Notes: generated by a model not told the origin, from the sequence alone. Positions 11,375-21,588 are shown, counted from the stretch's first letter. The stretch: 64,000 nucleotides of DNA from Syntrophaceae bacterium UBA7520 (GCA_002478265.1 DLNC01000010.1:7986-71985); one strand, 5' to 3'. Program-made: numbers and translations.

Positions 11375-11851
11375 ATGAAAAAATCGTATCCGTCTCTTTT
11401 TGCGTGTATTTTTATCACCTTGGCGGCAGGGATGATTTCCGGAGCGGTAAATCGTCCCGATTCTTGGTATGCCGCGTTGATCAAACCGTTATGGACGCCG
11501 CCCGGCTGGGTTTTTGCTCCGGTGTGGATCGTGCTTTACGTGATGATGGGCGTTGCTCTCTGGCTAATCTGGGAAAGACGCACCGCTCGTTTATCGTCTG
11601 CGGCAATCTCGCTTTTTATGATACAATTAATTTTTAATGTTGTTTGGAGCTGGTTTTTCTTCGGCATGCACAGCCCGGCGCTGGCCTTCGCCGATATTTG
11701 TATATTATGGGCGTCAATTTTGGCGACAATAATTCTTTTCGCGCGTGTTTATCGCCCCGCGGGGCTGCTTTTGATTCCTTATTTCCTGTGGGTGAGTTTT
11801 GCCGCTGTTCTTAATTTTTCCATCTGGCGCCTTAACGCGGGGATAGTTTAA
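11375..11851 (+). CDS. tspO: TspO/MBR family tryptophan-rich sensory protein
   Basis: Five TM helices and a Trp-rich sequence (WYAALIKPLWTPPGWVFAPVW) typical of TspO. Confidence 0.85.
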   Translation: MKKSYPSLFACIFITLAAGMISGAVNRPDSWYAALIKPLWTPPGWVFAPVWIVLYVMMGVALWLIWERRTARLSSAAISLFMIQLIFNVVWSWFFFGMHSPALAFADICILWASILATIILFARVYRPAGLLLIPYFLWVSFAAVLNFSIWRLNAGIV

Positions 11852-11874
11852 AGTCGGTTATAAAAAGAGCGGAT

Positions 11875-14280
11875 TTACATAAAATTTTCCGGGTCGACAT
11901 CAACGGACATTCTCACAAAGCTATTTTTATGGTCTTGCAGCAGTTCCTGCGCCAGTCGGCGCAATGTGTTTATCTGTGCGCCCTTTAAAAGCATCTGGTA
12001 GCGGTAGCGGCCGCTTAATTTAGCCAAAGGTGCGGGCGCGGGACCGATTATTTCCACCGCGTCAGAGCAGGCGCCTGCCAAACTTTTTACTTTTTTCTCC
12101 AGCTTCTGGGATGCGCAAAGCAGTTCTTCTTTTTTTGACGAAGAGAGACGGATGTTGACGATATGGCCAAAAGGCGGATATTGAAAAGTCCGGCGGAAAT
12201 CCAGCTCTTCAGCGTAGAACGATTTGTAGTCATGATGTTGCGCGTGACGCAACGCGAAGTGCTGAGGATTAAAAGTTTGAATGATTACTTTGCCCGGGTT
12301 GTTGCCGCGTCCGCTGCGGCCCGCCACCTGCGTTAGCAGTTGGAAGGTTTTTTCCGCCGCGCGGAAATCAGGCATATTCAGGGAAGTATCCGCAGCAACG
12401 ACGCCGACCAGGGTGATCAGCGGGAAATCATGTCCTTTGGCAATCATTTGTGTGCCAACAAGGATATCGATCTTCTTGTTTTGGAGAGCTTCGAGAATTT
12501 TCTCCTGTACATTCTTGCCGGAGGAGGTGTCGGCATCCATCCGCCGCACGCGAGCGGTCGGGAATATTTTTTCTATTTCTTTTTCCAGCTTCTGTGTGCC
12601 CGCGCCGTAGCTGATCACGCGGCTTCCCCGACAGGATGGGCACTGCGGGATGGCTTTCTGGCGGTAATCGCAGTAATGGCATTTAATGGTATTTTCCGCC
12701 AGATGATGTTTCAGCGAGACGGCGCAGTTCGGACAGCGGAAATTATAACCGCAATCCGCGCAGACGAGAAACGTTTCAAAGCCTCGTTTATTCAAAAAAA
12801 GCAGCGCCTGTTCATTGTTTTCCAATGTCCTGGCTATTTCATCAACCAGATTATCGGAAAGAAGGGGAGTTTTTCCCGTTTTTTCCTTTTGTTTTTTCAT
12901 ATCGATTATCTGCACAAGCGGCAGCGGCCGGTTATGCACGCGCTGCGGCAATTCCAGCAAGCGATATTTTTCCGTCCGCGCGTTGTAATAAGAGCGGATA
13001 CTGGGCGTGGCCGAGCCGAGGATTACCACGGCGTTGTTCAGTTTCGCCTTGAGGACAGCCAAATCGCGGGCATTGTAGCAAAGGCGGTCATCCTGTTTAT
13101 AGGAGGAATCATGTTCTTCATCTACGATAATCAATTTTAAATCGGGCGGTGCGGCAAAGATGGCGGAGCGCGCGCCAATTATCAGCTTTATTTTACCGCG
13201 CTTGATTTCACGCCATTGATCGTAACGCACGGATTGCGCGATGCCGCTGTGCAAAACAGCGATTTTGTCATCGTCGAAGCGGCCCGAAATTCTGGCAATC
13301 AGCTGCGGTGTCAGCGCGATTTCCGGCACGAGGTAAATGGCCGCGCCGCCGGCCTTGATGGTAAGTTCAATGGCTTTCAAATAAATTTCTGTTTTGCCGC
13401 TGCCGGTAATGCCATGGAGCAAAAACGGCGTGAAAGTTTTCTTGTTAAGACTGGCGGATATTTCCTCAAAAGCGGTTCTTTGTTGCTCATTGAGTTCATG
13501 ATTGGCCTTATCGCTCTTTATGGAAGAGGAAAGTGAAGGGCGTCGGAGTACCTCGCATGCTGAATAAGCGATCACTCTTTTTTTGTGCAGGCCACGTGAG
13601 ACGGCGGCAGATATGCCTGTCTCTCTGGTTATGTGCGCCATGGTGGACGGGCCGTTTTCTTCCAGAAAAGAAACAAGCGCCTGTTGTTTATCGGTCAATT
13701 TTATTTCGGCAATGCTTTTTTTGGTAAGACTGACAATATTTTCCGTGCGGCGTGCAAGATGCTTTTTTTGTTTTTCTTCCAGGGATAAAAGCCCCATAAG
13801 GTGCAGCCTGTTTATGGTGGCGACATTTACCGCGCCGCAGAGACCAGCCAGATTTTTCAGCGAAATTCCCTGCGGGTAAAGTTGCAGCGTATCCAGAATG
13901 CTTTTTTGCGAGGCCGAAATGAAGATATCATCAGGCAGGGGCAGGGGACTTACCCAGCGCAAGTCTTTTTTTTCCGCGCCGGCGGGAATTATTTCCGCCA
14001 GCGTTTTTCCCAGTGGGTACAGGAAATACTCCGCGATCCACCGGTAAAAGTCAAGGTCCTGGCTGTCGAAGAGAGGGTCAGCGTCGAGTATTTCCAGTAT
14101 AGTTTTTACTGCAGCCAGCTCACAATTGGGGCGAACGGTCACGATAAAACCGGTTCGTTTCCTGCTTCCGAAAGGCACAAACACACGTTTGCCGATGGCG
14201 ATTTCTTTTTCCAGCTCCGGCGGCACGGCATAGGTGAAGAGTTTATCCTGGGGAATATTTAAAGCGACATCTACAAACAT
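11875..14280 (-). CDS. priA: Primosomal protein N' (replication restart helicase PriA)
   Basis: Walker A GITGSGKT, DEEH box and a Cys-rich zinc-binding region (CxxC x4). 801 aa, with an enlarged winged-helix-like segment after the N-terminal domain. Confidence 0.95.
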   Translation of the reverse strand: MFVDVALNIPQDKLFTYAVPPELEKEIAIGKRVFVPFGSRKRTGFIVTVRPNCELAAVKTILEILDADPLFDSQDLDFYRWIAEYFLYPLGKTLAEIIPAGAEKKDLRWVSPLPLPDDIFISASQKSILDTLQLYPQGISLKNLAGLCGAVNVATINRLHLMGLLSLEEKQKKHLARRTENIVSLTKKSIAEIKLTDKQQALVSFLEENGPSTMAHITRETGISAAVSRGLHKKRVIAYSACEVLRRPSLSSSIKSDKANHELNEQQRTAFEEISASLNKKTFTPFLLHGITGSGKTEIYLKAIELTIKAGGAAIYLVPEIALTPQLIARISGRFDDDKIAVLHSGIAQSVRYDQWREIKRGKIKLIIGARSAIFAAPPDLKLIIVDEEHDSSYKQDDRLCYNARDLAVLKAKLNNAVVILGSATPSIRSYYNARTEKYRLLELPQRVHNRPLPLVQIIDMKKQKEKTGKTPLLSDNLVDEIARTLENNEQALLFLNKRGFETFLVCADCGYNFRCPNCAVSLKHHLAENTIKCHYCDYRQKAIPQCPSCRGSRVISYGAGTQKLEKEIEKIFPTARVRRMDADTSSGKNVQEKILEALQNKKIDILVGTQMIAKGHDFPLITLVGVVAADTSLNMPDFRAAEKTFQLLTQVAGRSGRGNNPGKVIIQTFNPQHFALRHAQHHDYKSFYAEELDFRRTFQYPPFGHIVNIRLSSSKKEELLCASQKLEKKVKSLAGACSDAVEIIGPAPAPLAKLSGRYRYQMLLKGAQINTLRRLAQELLQDHKNSFVRMSVDVDPENFM

Positions 14281-14305
14281 GGTATCACAAACGGAAAGAA
14301 AGTTT

Positions 14306-14336
14306 TAAAATAAAAAACGCCCCAGAGACGGAGCGT
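14306..14336 (-). terminator. Rho-independent terminator downstream of dksA
   Basis: On the minus strand: ACGCUCC-GUCUCU-GGGGCGU (7-bp stem including one G-U) followed by UUUUUUAUUUU. Confidence 0.6.
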
Positions 14337-14360
14337 TTGTGAGGTTTATGTGCTCTTAGA

Positions 14361-14741
14361 TTATTCTCCCTTGAGCTTCTCCATTTTTTCCTGCTTCGTT
14401 TTGCAGTCGATGCAGAGAGTGGTTACGGGCCTGGCCATCAGTCTTTTTTCCGATATCGGTCCGCCGCATACCTCGCAGATGCCGAAAACGCCGTCATCGA
14501 TTCTTTTGATTGCTTCTTGCATTTTAAGAATCAGCTTGCGTTCGCGGTCACGGATGCGCAATTCAAAATTTCTGTCTGCCTCCAGCGCCGCCCGGTCAGT
14601 CGGATCGGGAAAATTTTCTTTGCCGTTGGTCATTTCGGAAACAGTCTTACCTGCCTCGCTGAGCAATTCGTTTATTTTCTGGATAAGCATATTGCGGAAA
14701 ACATCAAGTTTTTCCGGTTTTATGGCTGCTTGTTTTTCCAA
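14361..14741 (-). CDS. dksA: DksA/TraR family C4-type zinc-finger RNA polymerase-binding factor
   Basis: Coiled-coil region plus CxxC-N17-CxxC (CEVCGGPI...CIDC). Confidence 0.85.
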   Translation of the reverse strand: MEKQAAIKPEKLDVFRNMLIQKINELLSEAGKTVSEMTNGKENFPDPTDRAALEADRNFELRIRDRERKLILKMQEAIKRIDDGVFGICEVCGGPISEKRLMARPVTTLCIDCKTKQEKMEKLKGE

Positions 14742-14851
14742 TATTTAGCTCCTTTAAAAAACTGAAAGTGTCTTTTACCTAATGAAAAATTTTTTGTAAA
14801 GGAAAATAATCGCTTTAAAAAGGCGCGAAAAACAAAACTATCCAGACGCTA

Positions 14852-15328
14852 TCAGCTATAATTTTTTCTGATTTTATCGATGATGTTCGTCGTGGATTTG
14901 CCAATGATTTCAGGTATTAAAGTCAATTGGCCGCCCCATTTCTTTATTTCTTCGCGTCCCACCACTTTGTCTTCTGGCCAATCCCCGCCCTTGATCAGCA
15001 CGTCGGGCTTCAGAAGCTTTATCAGCTCCAGCGGAGTTTGCTCATCAAATATAGTCACAAAATCGATAAATTCAAGGGCGGCGATAATTTCCGCTCTTTC
15101 TGCTTGGGGCACGAGCGGCCTTTTTTCGCCTTTGATTTGTCTGACCGAGGAGTCGCTGTTGAGCGCCAGAACCAGAATATCGGCGGTTTTTTTCGCTTCT
15201 TTCAGATAACGTACATGGCCGACATGCAGGATGTCGAAGCAGCCGTTGGTAAAGGCGATTTTTTTGCCTTGTTTTTTCAGCGCATCGAGTTTTTCTTTGA
15301 GAGTTTCGCGATCAAGTATCTTATTCAT
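14852..15328 (-). CDS. D-glycero-beta-D-manno-heptose 1-phosphate adenylyltransferase (RfaE domain II / HldE C-terminal type)
   Basis: Cytidylyltransferase fold with the FTNGCFDILHVGH motif. 158 aa, stand-alone. Confidence 0.8.
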   Translation of the reverse strand: MNKILDRETLKEKLDALKKQGKKIAFTNGCFDILHVGHVRYLKEAKKTADILVLALNSDSSVRQIKGEKRPLVPQAERAEIIAALEFIDFVTIFDEQTPLELIKLLKPDVLIKGGDWPEDKVVGREEIKKWGGQLTLIPEIIGKSTTNIIDKIRKNYS

Positions 15329-15341
15329 AAAAAGTTCCTGT

Positions 15342-16061
15342 TTAAATGACTCTGGCCAGCGTTAAAACCGCTATTTCTTTGGCGCCTGCCCGGCGCAGTG
15401 TTCTGGCGCATTCATTGACGGTCGCGCCGGTGGTAAAGACATCATCAACCAGAATAATATTTTTTCCTTCCGCCGCTTTTTCGTCACTTACGGCAAAAGC
15501 GCCCTTGATGTTGCCTTCGCGCTCTTTTTTCTTCAGGCCAGTTTGAGTTAAAGTAAATTTAGCGCGTTTTAGCAAGAAATAAGTTAAGGGCATGCGCCAT
15601 TTTTTTTTCAGAGCCTGCGCCAGAATGACAGCCTGGTTAAAGCCGCGTTGCCGTAGTTTTTTGATATGCAGTGGCACGGGAACAATCATATCATAGGCGC
15701 GGCAATCAAAATCTGGGAAGGGGAAATCAGCCATGAAAGAGGCCAAATGCGATCCTGTTGACAAATCGCGGCCGTACTTGAATTTCTGTATCGCTTCTAG
15801 CATGACGTTTTCGTAGGCCGCCACGGCGCGGGCCAGGGAAAAAAAAGGCTTTTGTTCGATGCAGTTGCCGCACAGGTGGCTTTCCGCTGGGCTGTCAAAA
15901 AAAGTTATGCCGCAAATAGGGCAGATGCTGCCGGTTAAAAATCTGATTTGACGGCGACAGTCTGGGCAGAAATATTTATCTTCCTCGCGGGCGAGAATTT
16001 CCTCGCAGCCCAGACACGCGGGTGGAAAGATAATATCGGCTATGTTTTTTAAGATGCCCAT
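15342..16061 (-). CDS. comF: ComF family protein (phosphoribosyltransferase domain)
   Basis: N-terminal double CxxC zinc-finger region and C-terminal PRTase motif ILVDDVFTTGAT. Confidence 0.8.
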   Translation of the reverse strand: MGILKNIADIIFPPACLGCEEILAREEDKYFCPDCRRQIRFLTGSICPICGITFFDSPAESHLCGNCIEQKPFFSLARAVAAYENVMLEAIQKFKYGRDLSTGSHLASFMADFPFPDFDCRAYDMIVPVPLHIKKLRQRGFNQAVILAQALKKKWRMPLTYFLLKRAKFTLTQTGLKKKEREGNIKGAFAVSDEKAAEGKNIILVDDVFTTGATVNECARTLRRAGAKEIAVLTLARVI

Positions 16062-16067
16062 GACGGC

Positions 16068-16502
16068 TCAGGACATATCTTTATTGAGACGCGTTATTTG
16101 CGTTTTATTTTCGTCAACGCGCATGACAGGCGCGTCCCACAGATTTTCTATGTCGTAGAACGAGCGTATATTTTCCTGAAAAATTGATATTACCACGTCG
16201 TCGTAGTCCAGCAAAACCCACTGCGCGTTATCTTCTCCCTCGACGCCCAACGGTTTGATGCCGGCTTTTTTCAGATATTCCTGAATGGCGGAGGAAATTG
16301 CCTGCACCTGCCGGTCGGTCGCGCCGGAACAGACGAGCATGTAGTCGGTGAAACTGGAAATTTTTTTTACGTTCAGAACAACAATGTCTTTGGCTTTTTT
16401 CTGCAGGGTCGCGTTGATGCACAAAAGCAGTCGCTTGCGTGTTTCGTCTTTCTTTGCCGCCAAACAAAAACTCCTTATGAAGGGATTAAGGCCAAAGGCC
16501 AA
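16068..16502 (-). CDS. rsfS: Ribosome silencing factor RsfS
   Basis: The DYMLVCSG...RQVQAI...WVLLDYDDVVISIF pattern is typical of RsfS/iojap. The exact start is uncertain. Confidence 0.85.
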   Translation of the reverse strand: MAFGLNPFIRSFCLAAKKDETRKRLLLCINATLQKKAKDIVVLNVKKISSFTDYMLVCSGATDRQVQAISSAIQEYLKKAGIKPLGVEGEDNAQWVLLDYDDVVISIFQENIRSFYDIENLWDAPVMRVDENKTQITRLNKDMS

Positions 16503-16648
16503 AGTCTTAGTTGTTCTTTTAACCTATTTTTTTTATGCTTGCCACATAAAAAATGAGGAGCAAATTCCCTTTACAGATATTTGGCGGTTGTGAAAATATT
16601 TTTGCCATGATAAATAAAAGCTATCTTTCTGACAATAAGGATTTAAAC

Positions 16649-17440
16649 ATGCAGGACGTTATCAGCAAGGTTCAGGTGCATATTCCTTATCATCTTTTGC
16701 CTCAATATGAGTCGGACATAATCGGGAATAAACTCAATCCGGAAATATATTTTAGCCAATACGCGCTAAAAGACATGGATATGGAAAGATGCAGGCAGAC
16801 GGCAGGGCTCATCAGAGATGCCGGCTTGAAGGTTACTTTTCACGCGCCTTTCATGGATCTGCGCCCAGGCGCGCTTGATGACAAAATCCGCCGCGTCAGC
16901 GTGGACAGAATGAAACAGGCGATAGAGCTCGCGCCGCATTTCCAGCCATTGCGCATTGTCTGCCACCCGATGTTTGACGATCGCTATTACGTGGATTGCG
17001 ACGATTTGTGGATGGAGGCCTCCGTCAAATCATGGACGGAGTTGATTGCTTTGGCCAAAGCGCACAATACGGTTTTATCGCTGGAAAATGTTTATGATAA
17101 GGAGCCGCGTCTGCTGCGGCGGCTTTTCGAGGCGCTGGCCTCGGATGCCGTGTGTTTTTGTCTGGATACCGGCCATTTCAACGCATTTTCCTACGCGCCG
17201 CTTAAAGCATGGCTGAGGGAACTGGGCAAATATCTGGGGCAGCTTCATCTGCACGACAATTTCGGAGAAAGAGACGAGCATCTGGCGATCGGCAAGGGCA
17301 CTTTTCCTTTTGATGAGCTTTTTGCGTGGCTGAAGAAAAACAAAAAAAAGCCCGTGCTCACGATTGAGGCGCACAATCAGAAAGAGCTCTGGAAGTCAAT
17401 CAACAGCATCAAAAAAGAAGGTTATCTGGATTTTATTTAA
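16649..17440 (+). CDS. Xylose-isomerase-like TIM-barrel protein (sugar phosphate isomerase/epimerase / AP endonuclease 2 superfamily)
   Basis: Start chosen at ATG 16649 (AAGGA 7 nt upstream); the longest ORF starts at 16553. Conserved LENV, DTGH and HLHDN metal-binding-type motifs. Confidence 0.6.
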   Translation: MQDVISKVQVHIPYHLLPQYESDIIGNKLNPEIYFSQYALKDMDMERCRQTAGLIRDAGLKVTFHAPFMDLRPGALDDKIRRVSVDRMKQAIELAPHFQPLRIVCHPMFDDRYYVDCDDLWMEASVKSWTELIALAKAHNTVLSLENVYDKEPRLLRRLFEALASDAVCFCLDTGHFNAFSYAPLKAWLRELGKYLGQLHLHDNFGERDEHLAIGKGTFPFDELFAWLKKNKKKPVLTIEAHNQKELWKSINSIKKEGYLDFI

Positions 17441-17480
17441 GCGGCACGTTTGGTCGCGAAAATACCACGGGGAGTAGCAA

Positions 17481-18455
17481 TTGCTTAAATACATCGTCAA
17501 AAGACTGATTTTTATGATTCCGCTACTTCTGGGCATCACTATTATCTGTTTCGGCGTGATGCGCCTGGCGCCCGGTTCTCCCACCGATCTGCAGATGCAG
17601 ATGAATCCCAAAGCGACTGTGGAAATGCAGGAGAGGTTGAAAGCCCTGTATGAGCTGGATAAGCCGATTCCTCTTCAGTACTGGTCGTGGCTGAAGAAAA
17701 TCATTCGTGGCGATCTGGGAACATCATTCGCCAGCGATCACCGACCGGTCGCTGATAAAATTCTGGAGCGCCTGCCGATTACTATTTCCATCAATTTCTT
17801 ATCGCTGCTGATTATCATTGCCGTGGCCATACCCATCGGCGTGCTTTCCGCCGTGCATCAGGATTCGCTTTTCGATAAAATCACGGCGGTGGTGGTGTTT
17901 ATCGGTTTTGCCGTGCCCACTTTCTGGCTGGCTCTTTTGCTGATGATTTTTTTCGGCATTCATCTGGGTTGGCTGCCGATTTCTGGACTCAGATCGCTTA
18001 ATTATGAATACTTGAGCGCCTGGGCGCAGTTTATCGATTTGATTAAACATCTGATTTTGCCCGTCTTGGTTTCCGCCTTCGGTGGGTTGGCCGGGCTTTC
18101 GCGATACATGCGGGCGAATATGCTGGAGGTAATCAGGCAGGATTACATCATGACGGCGCGCGCCAAGGGACTTTCCGAGCGCGCGGTGATTTATAAACAC
18201 GCTCTGCGCAACGCGCTTCTGCCCGTTATCACCATTTTAGGTCTTTCTATTCCAGGGCTTATCGGAGGCAGCGTGATTTTTGAAACAATTTTTGCCATTC
18301 CCGGTATGGGGCAGCTATTTTACATGGCGGTGATGGCGCGTGATTATCCGACGGTGATGGGAATTCTGCTCATCGGCGCCATTCTCACATTGTTGGGAAA
18401 TTTAATTGCGGATGTCTCCTACGTGGTGGCGGATCCGCGCATCAGAATTTCATAA
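17481..18455 (+). CDS. ABC transporter permease, oligopeptide/dipeptide/nickel (OppB/DppB) type
   Basis: TTG start after GGGGAG. Six TM helices and an EAA-loop region ([25 protein letters not shown]). Confidence 0.85.
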   Translation: MLKYIVKRLIFMIPLLLGITIICFGVMRLAPGSPTDLQMQMNPKATVEMQERLKALYELDKPIPLQYWSWLKKIIRGDLGTSFASDHRPVADKILERLPITISINFLSLLIIIAVAIPIGVLSAVHQDSLFDKITAVVVFIGFAVPTFWLALLLMIFFGIHLGWLPISGLRSLNYEYLSAWAQFIDLIKHLILPVLVSAFGGLAGLSRYMRANMLEVIRQDYIMTARAKGLSERAVIYKHALRNALLPVITILGLSIPGLIGGSVIFETIFAIPGMGQLFYMAVMARDYPTVMGILLIGAILTLLGNLIADVSYVVADPRIRIS

Positions 18456-18486
18456 AAAATGCCTTGCGTAAACAGGCGCTAAAGAT

Positions 18487-19314
18487 ATGAACTTTTGGCA
18501 GACATTTTATAAAAACAAACTAATGGTTGCGGGCGCGGGCATTGTTTTACTCCTTTTTATTGTATCTATTTTGGCGCCGTGGCTGGCTCCCTATGATCCA
18601 GGAGAAATTAATCTGCAAAATGTTCTGGCGCCTCCTTCCTGGCAGCATCCTTTCGGCACGGATCAGTTGGGGCGCGATGTTCTCTCCCGCATGATCTGGG
18701 GCGCGCAGATTTCTCTGAAAGTCGGTTTTGTCGCCACGGGTATTGCCATCATTATCGGCACAATTCTGGGCGCCATCGCCGGTTTTTACGGCGGCTGGGT
18801 GGATGCCGCCATCATGCGTTTTGTCGATATTATGCTTTGTTTTCCGACTTTTTTTCTGATTCTCGCAGTAATTGCCTTCCTGGAGCCGTCCATTTGGAAT
18901 ATTATGATTGTTATCGGCCTTACCGGCTGGATGGGCGTGACACGCCTGGTGCGTGCGGATTTTATCTCGCTCAAGGAACGTGATTTTGTCCAGGCGGCAC
19001 GGGTTATCGGCGCGAGCGACGCGCGCATCATTTTTCTGCATATTCTGCCCAATGCTTTTGCCTCAATTCTGGTTGCCGCGACTCTGGGCATTGCCGGGGC
19101 GATTCTTACGGAATCAGCGCTGAGCTTTTTAGGCATCGGCGTGCAGCCGCCCACGCCGAGCTGGGGCAATATTTTAACCGCCGGAAAGGACAACATCGAT
19201 ATCGCCTGGTGGCTCTCTCTTTATCCGGGTCTGGCGATTCTCATCACCGTGGTGGGCTATAATCTGCTAGGCGAAGGTATCAGAGATGCGCTTGACCCCC
19301 GCCTGAAAAAATAA
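18487..19314 (+). CDS. ABC transporter permease, OppC/DppC type
   Basis: The N-terminal LAPYDP motif and the EAA loop (DFVQAARVIGASDARIIFLHILPNA) are typical of OppC/DppC. Confidence 0.85.
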   Translation: MNFWQTFYKNKLMVAGAGIVLLLFIVSILAPWLAPYDPGEINLQNVLAPPSWQHPFGTDQLGRDVLSRMIWGAQISLKVGFVATGIAIIIGTILGAIAGFYGGWVDAAIMRFVDIMLCFPTFFLILAVIAFLEPSIWNIMIVIGLTGWMGVTRLVRADFISLKERDFVQAARVIGASDARIIFLHILPNAFASILVAATLGIAGAILTESALSFLGIGVQPPTPSWGNILTAGKDNIDIAWWLSLYPGLAILITVVGYNLLGEGIRDALDPRLKK

Positions 19315-19327
19315 AAAATCTTGATAA

Positions 19328-19642
19328 ATGTCACGCAATACGTTACAAAATAGCCGTGATAAAAAATTTGCCGACAAGCATACAAAAGATTTGTATGTTA
19401 AGGGGACATCGAAAAAATTTCAGCCGGATATTATAAAAAGAGCGTTGCGTCGCTTGGAATATATTGATTTGGCAACATGCCTTGAAGACTTAAAAGTACC
19501 GCCCAGCAACAAACTTCATGCTTTGAAAGGCGACAGAGAAGGGCAATGCGCTATATCAATAAATGATCAATGGAGAATATGCTTCAAGTATGTTCACGGC
19601 CATGCATATGACGTTGAGATAACCGATTATCATTTAGGGTAA
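19328..19642 (+). CDS. higB: Type II toxin HigB (RelE/ParE superfamily, 'plasmid maintenance system killer')
   Basis: The LHALKGDREGQCAISINDQWRICF pattern is typical of HigB. Immediately followed by an XRE antitoxin gene. Confidence 0.8.
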   Translation: MSRNTLQNSRDKKFADKHTKDLYVKGTSKKFQPDIIKRALRRLEYIDLATCLEDLKVPPSNKLHALKGDREGQCAISINDQWRICFKYVHGHAYDVEITDYHLG

Positions 19643-19646
19643 ACAA

Positions 19647-19961
19647 ATGAATATTAAGTATAATGGAAAAAGAGAAATAAAGCCTACCCATCCAGGAGAG
19701 ATGTTGAGAGAAGATTTTCTTCCTGATTACAATCTGAATGTGGCCTCGCTGGCGAAAGCGATTGGTGTTTCCCGCCAGACGGTTAATGAATTATTGCGCG
19801 AGACGCGCTCCCTCACACCGCTTATGGCGCTACGCCTGAGCAGATTATTCGGCAACACTTCTGAATTCTGGTTAAACGCGCAGTGTGCGTACGATCTTTG
19901 GGAAGTCCAGCAATCACACAAATCAGAGATTAAAAAAATACAGCCGCTGAAAGCTGCGTGA
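19647..19961 (+). CDS. higA: Type II antitoxin HigA (XRE-family HTH)
   Basis: HPGEMLREDFL...LAKAIGVSRQTVNELL...LSRLFGNTSEFWLN is the canonical HigA/VapI pattern. Confidence 0.85.
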   Translation: MNIKYNGKREIKPTHPGEMLREDFLPDYNLNVASLAKAIGVSRQTVNELLRETRSLTPLMALRLSRLFGNTSEFWLNAQCAYDLWEVQQSHKSEIKKIQPLKAA

Positions 19962-19962
19962 T

Positions 19963-20349
19963 TTAGTTCTCTTCAGGGCCTGATATTTTGCTTTTCGTCG
20001 AATATTTTCTGATAAATGCCTGACTGGCGTATTTGGTGAGCGTTCCCAGATGCTGCGGCGCGTGCGCGAGCCACGCCCCCAGAATAAAAACAAGGCACGA
20101 AATAACATAAATTGTCGGCCCGCCGATAACCGCGATAAGCGGTTTTTTATACCAAACGGCCAGCGCCCCCAGCGCGGCAACGGCCGGCCAGCCGATGACA
20201 TAGCTGAAAGCCATGAGAATCCAGCCCCAGATCATCCGCTTTGTCGGGCGCTGGCGCAGTTGGCTCAAATCCACGGGGCTTTCCATCATTTTACTGATGG
20301 ATTTTTTTTGAATAAGATAGTCGGCGATTTTTCTTCTGATTGTGTACAT
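19963..20349 (-). CDS. Small membrane protein, unknown function
   Basis: 128-aa ORF with 2-3 hydrophobic helices. I recognise no family. Divergent from the GT25-like gene. Confidence 0.4.
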   Translation of the reverse strand: MYTIRRKIADYLIQKKSISKMMESPVDLSQLRQRPTKRMIWGWILMAFSYVIGWPAVAALGALAVWYKKPLIAVIGGPTIYVISCLVFILGAWLAHAPQHLGTLTKYASQAFIRKYSTKSKISGPEEN

Positions 20350-20471
20350 ATTTGATTAATACACAAGCCTTCGTATTTGCGCAACCGCTTTTGTTTGGCT
20401 GAAGCTGATCCTTGACAGGGCGAAAGGCGCGTATTATAGCTTTCCAAATAAAAAAAGTTTAGCGAGCCAAG

Positions 20472-21188
20472 ATGACGACTGAAGCAAACCCGTGGGATTA
20501 TTTTGACCGCCTCTACTGCATTTCTCTGGAGGCGCGTGAAGACCGCCGCCGCTCAGCGCGCGAGGAATTTGTCAAAGTGGGCCTGGCCGACCATGTCGAG
20601 TTTGTGATTGTTAAACATTACCCTTATGACGTCATGCAGCAGATATACGAATCGCACATGCTTTGCCTCCAAAAAGGATTGGAGGCGGGCGCGCGCAACA
20701 TCGTTGTGTTTGAAGATGACGTTGGATTTGAAGGCTTTGACCCGCGACGGCTGCAAAGTTGTGTGGAATATTTAAAGCAGAATCCAAGCTGGAAAGTGTT
20801 TCTTTTTGGCGCCTTGATTCGCGCCAGCCGCAAAACAGAAAATCCCAACGTGCAGAAAGTTCGCTATCAGAGCTTGACCCATGCGTATGCTTTAAACAGG
20901 GATTACGCGCAGACGCTGGCGTACGTGCCCTGGCAGGGTATCGCCAACGATACGCTTTTCCGGCCGCTCAAGGATGGTGTTTACGCGGCCTATCCCATGT
21001 TCGCTTTTCAGAAGGATTTTTCCTCGGATAATCTGGAATATCTTCGCCTGGAGCGTTTCAGAAAATTATTGGGGGGGCTCAAGCGCATCCAGAAAGGCAT
21101 TGAATTCTACCGCCGCCACATAGTCAGCATCTACGCCGTGCAGACTGTTTTTATTATAATTGCGGTGATTTATTTGTTTTATTGGTGA
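20472..21188 (+). CDS. Glycosyltransferase family 25-like protein with C-terminal TM anchor
   Basis: N-terminal FDRLYCISLEAREDRR and acidic FEDDV motif resemble GT25 (LPS/LOS glycosyltransferases). Hydrophobic C-terminal tail. Confidence 0.5.
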   Translation: MTTEANPWDYFDRLYCISLEAREDRRRSAREEFVKVGLADHVEFVIVKHYPYDVMQQIYESHMLCLQKGLEAGARNIVVFEDDVGFEGFDPRRLQSCVEYLKQNPSWKVFLFGALIRASRKTENPNVQKVRYQSLTHAYALNRDYAQTLAYVPWQGIANDTLFRPLKDGVYAAYPMFAFQKDFSSDNLEYLRLERFRKLLGGLKRIQKGIEFYRRHIVSIYAVQTVFIIIAVIYLFYW

Positions 21189-21200
21189 CAAAAAATAGAT
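21005..21200 (+). repeat. Direct repeat copy A (intact 3' end of the GT25-like gene)
   Basis: Aligns by eye with 21890..22083. I count about 24 substitutions and two 1-nt indels over about 184 nt. Confidence 0.85.
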
Positions 21201-21222
21201 CAATTCTACGGTATCCTAAACT

Positions 21223-21588
21223 CTATCTGCTTTTATATTTCATTTTTAGACCATCTGCAACGTGTGCCAACTTTGCATCGAATGTCCAGAGCATAACGCC
21301 GGTTAATTTAGCAGATGCCATAAGTTGAGCGTCCACATAGCTGATGCCTTTCCCCATCAGTCGGTTATTTTCAATAAACGACAATACTTCTTCGTGCTTG
21401 GCCTCAATACTTTCTGGCAGCATTTTCAGAAAGGATAGGATGCGCGCCCGGTCTTTTAGATTGCCGCAAGCCAATTCTCCGAAGATGAAGGGGTGACACA
21501 GGACTTCTCCGTTATTGAGTAAATCCGCTAATTCATCATTTCCATTTCTCAGATGCGCTACCCAAACGGATGTATCAACAAGAACCAC
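21223..21588 (-). CDS. vapC: Type II toxin VapC (PIN-domain ribonuclease)
   Basis: MVLVDTSVW start with the conserved acidic residues of a PIN domain. 121 aa, 6 nt downstream of the antitoxin gene. Confidence 0.85.
   Translation of the reverse strand: MVLVDTSVWVAHLRNGNDELADLLNNGEVLCHPFIFGELACGNLKDRARILSFLKMLPESIEAKHEEVLSFIENNRLMGKGISYVDAQLMASAKLTGVMLWTFDAKLAHVADGLKMKYKSR

Noticed and set aside
12340-13140. 266-aa plus-strand ORF inside priA. Similar long antisense ORFs occur at 7122..7943, 24045..24662, 31464..32213, 33535..34071, 35642..36166, 52237..53034 and 59618..60163.
   Set aside because: All lie opposite genes with unambiguous conserved motifs and have Arg/Gly/Phe-rich nonsense-like translations. 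These are typical shadow ORFs, not overlapping genes.
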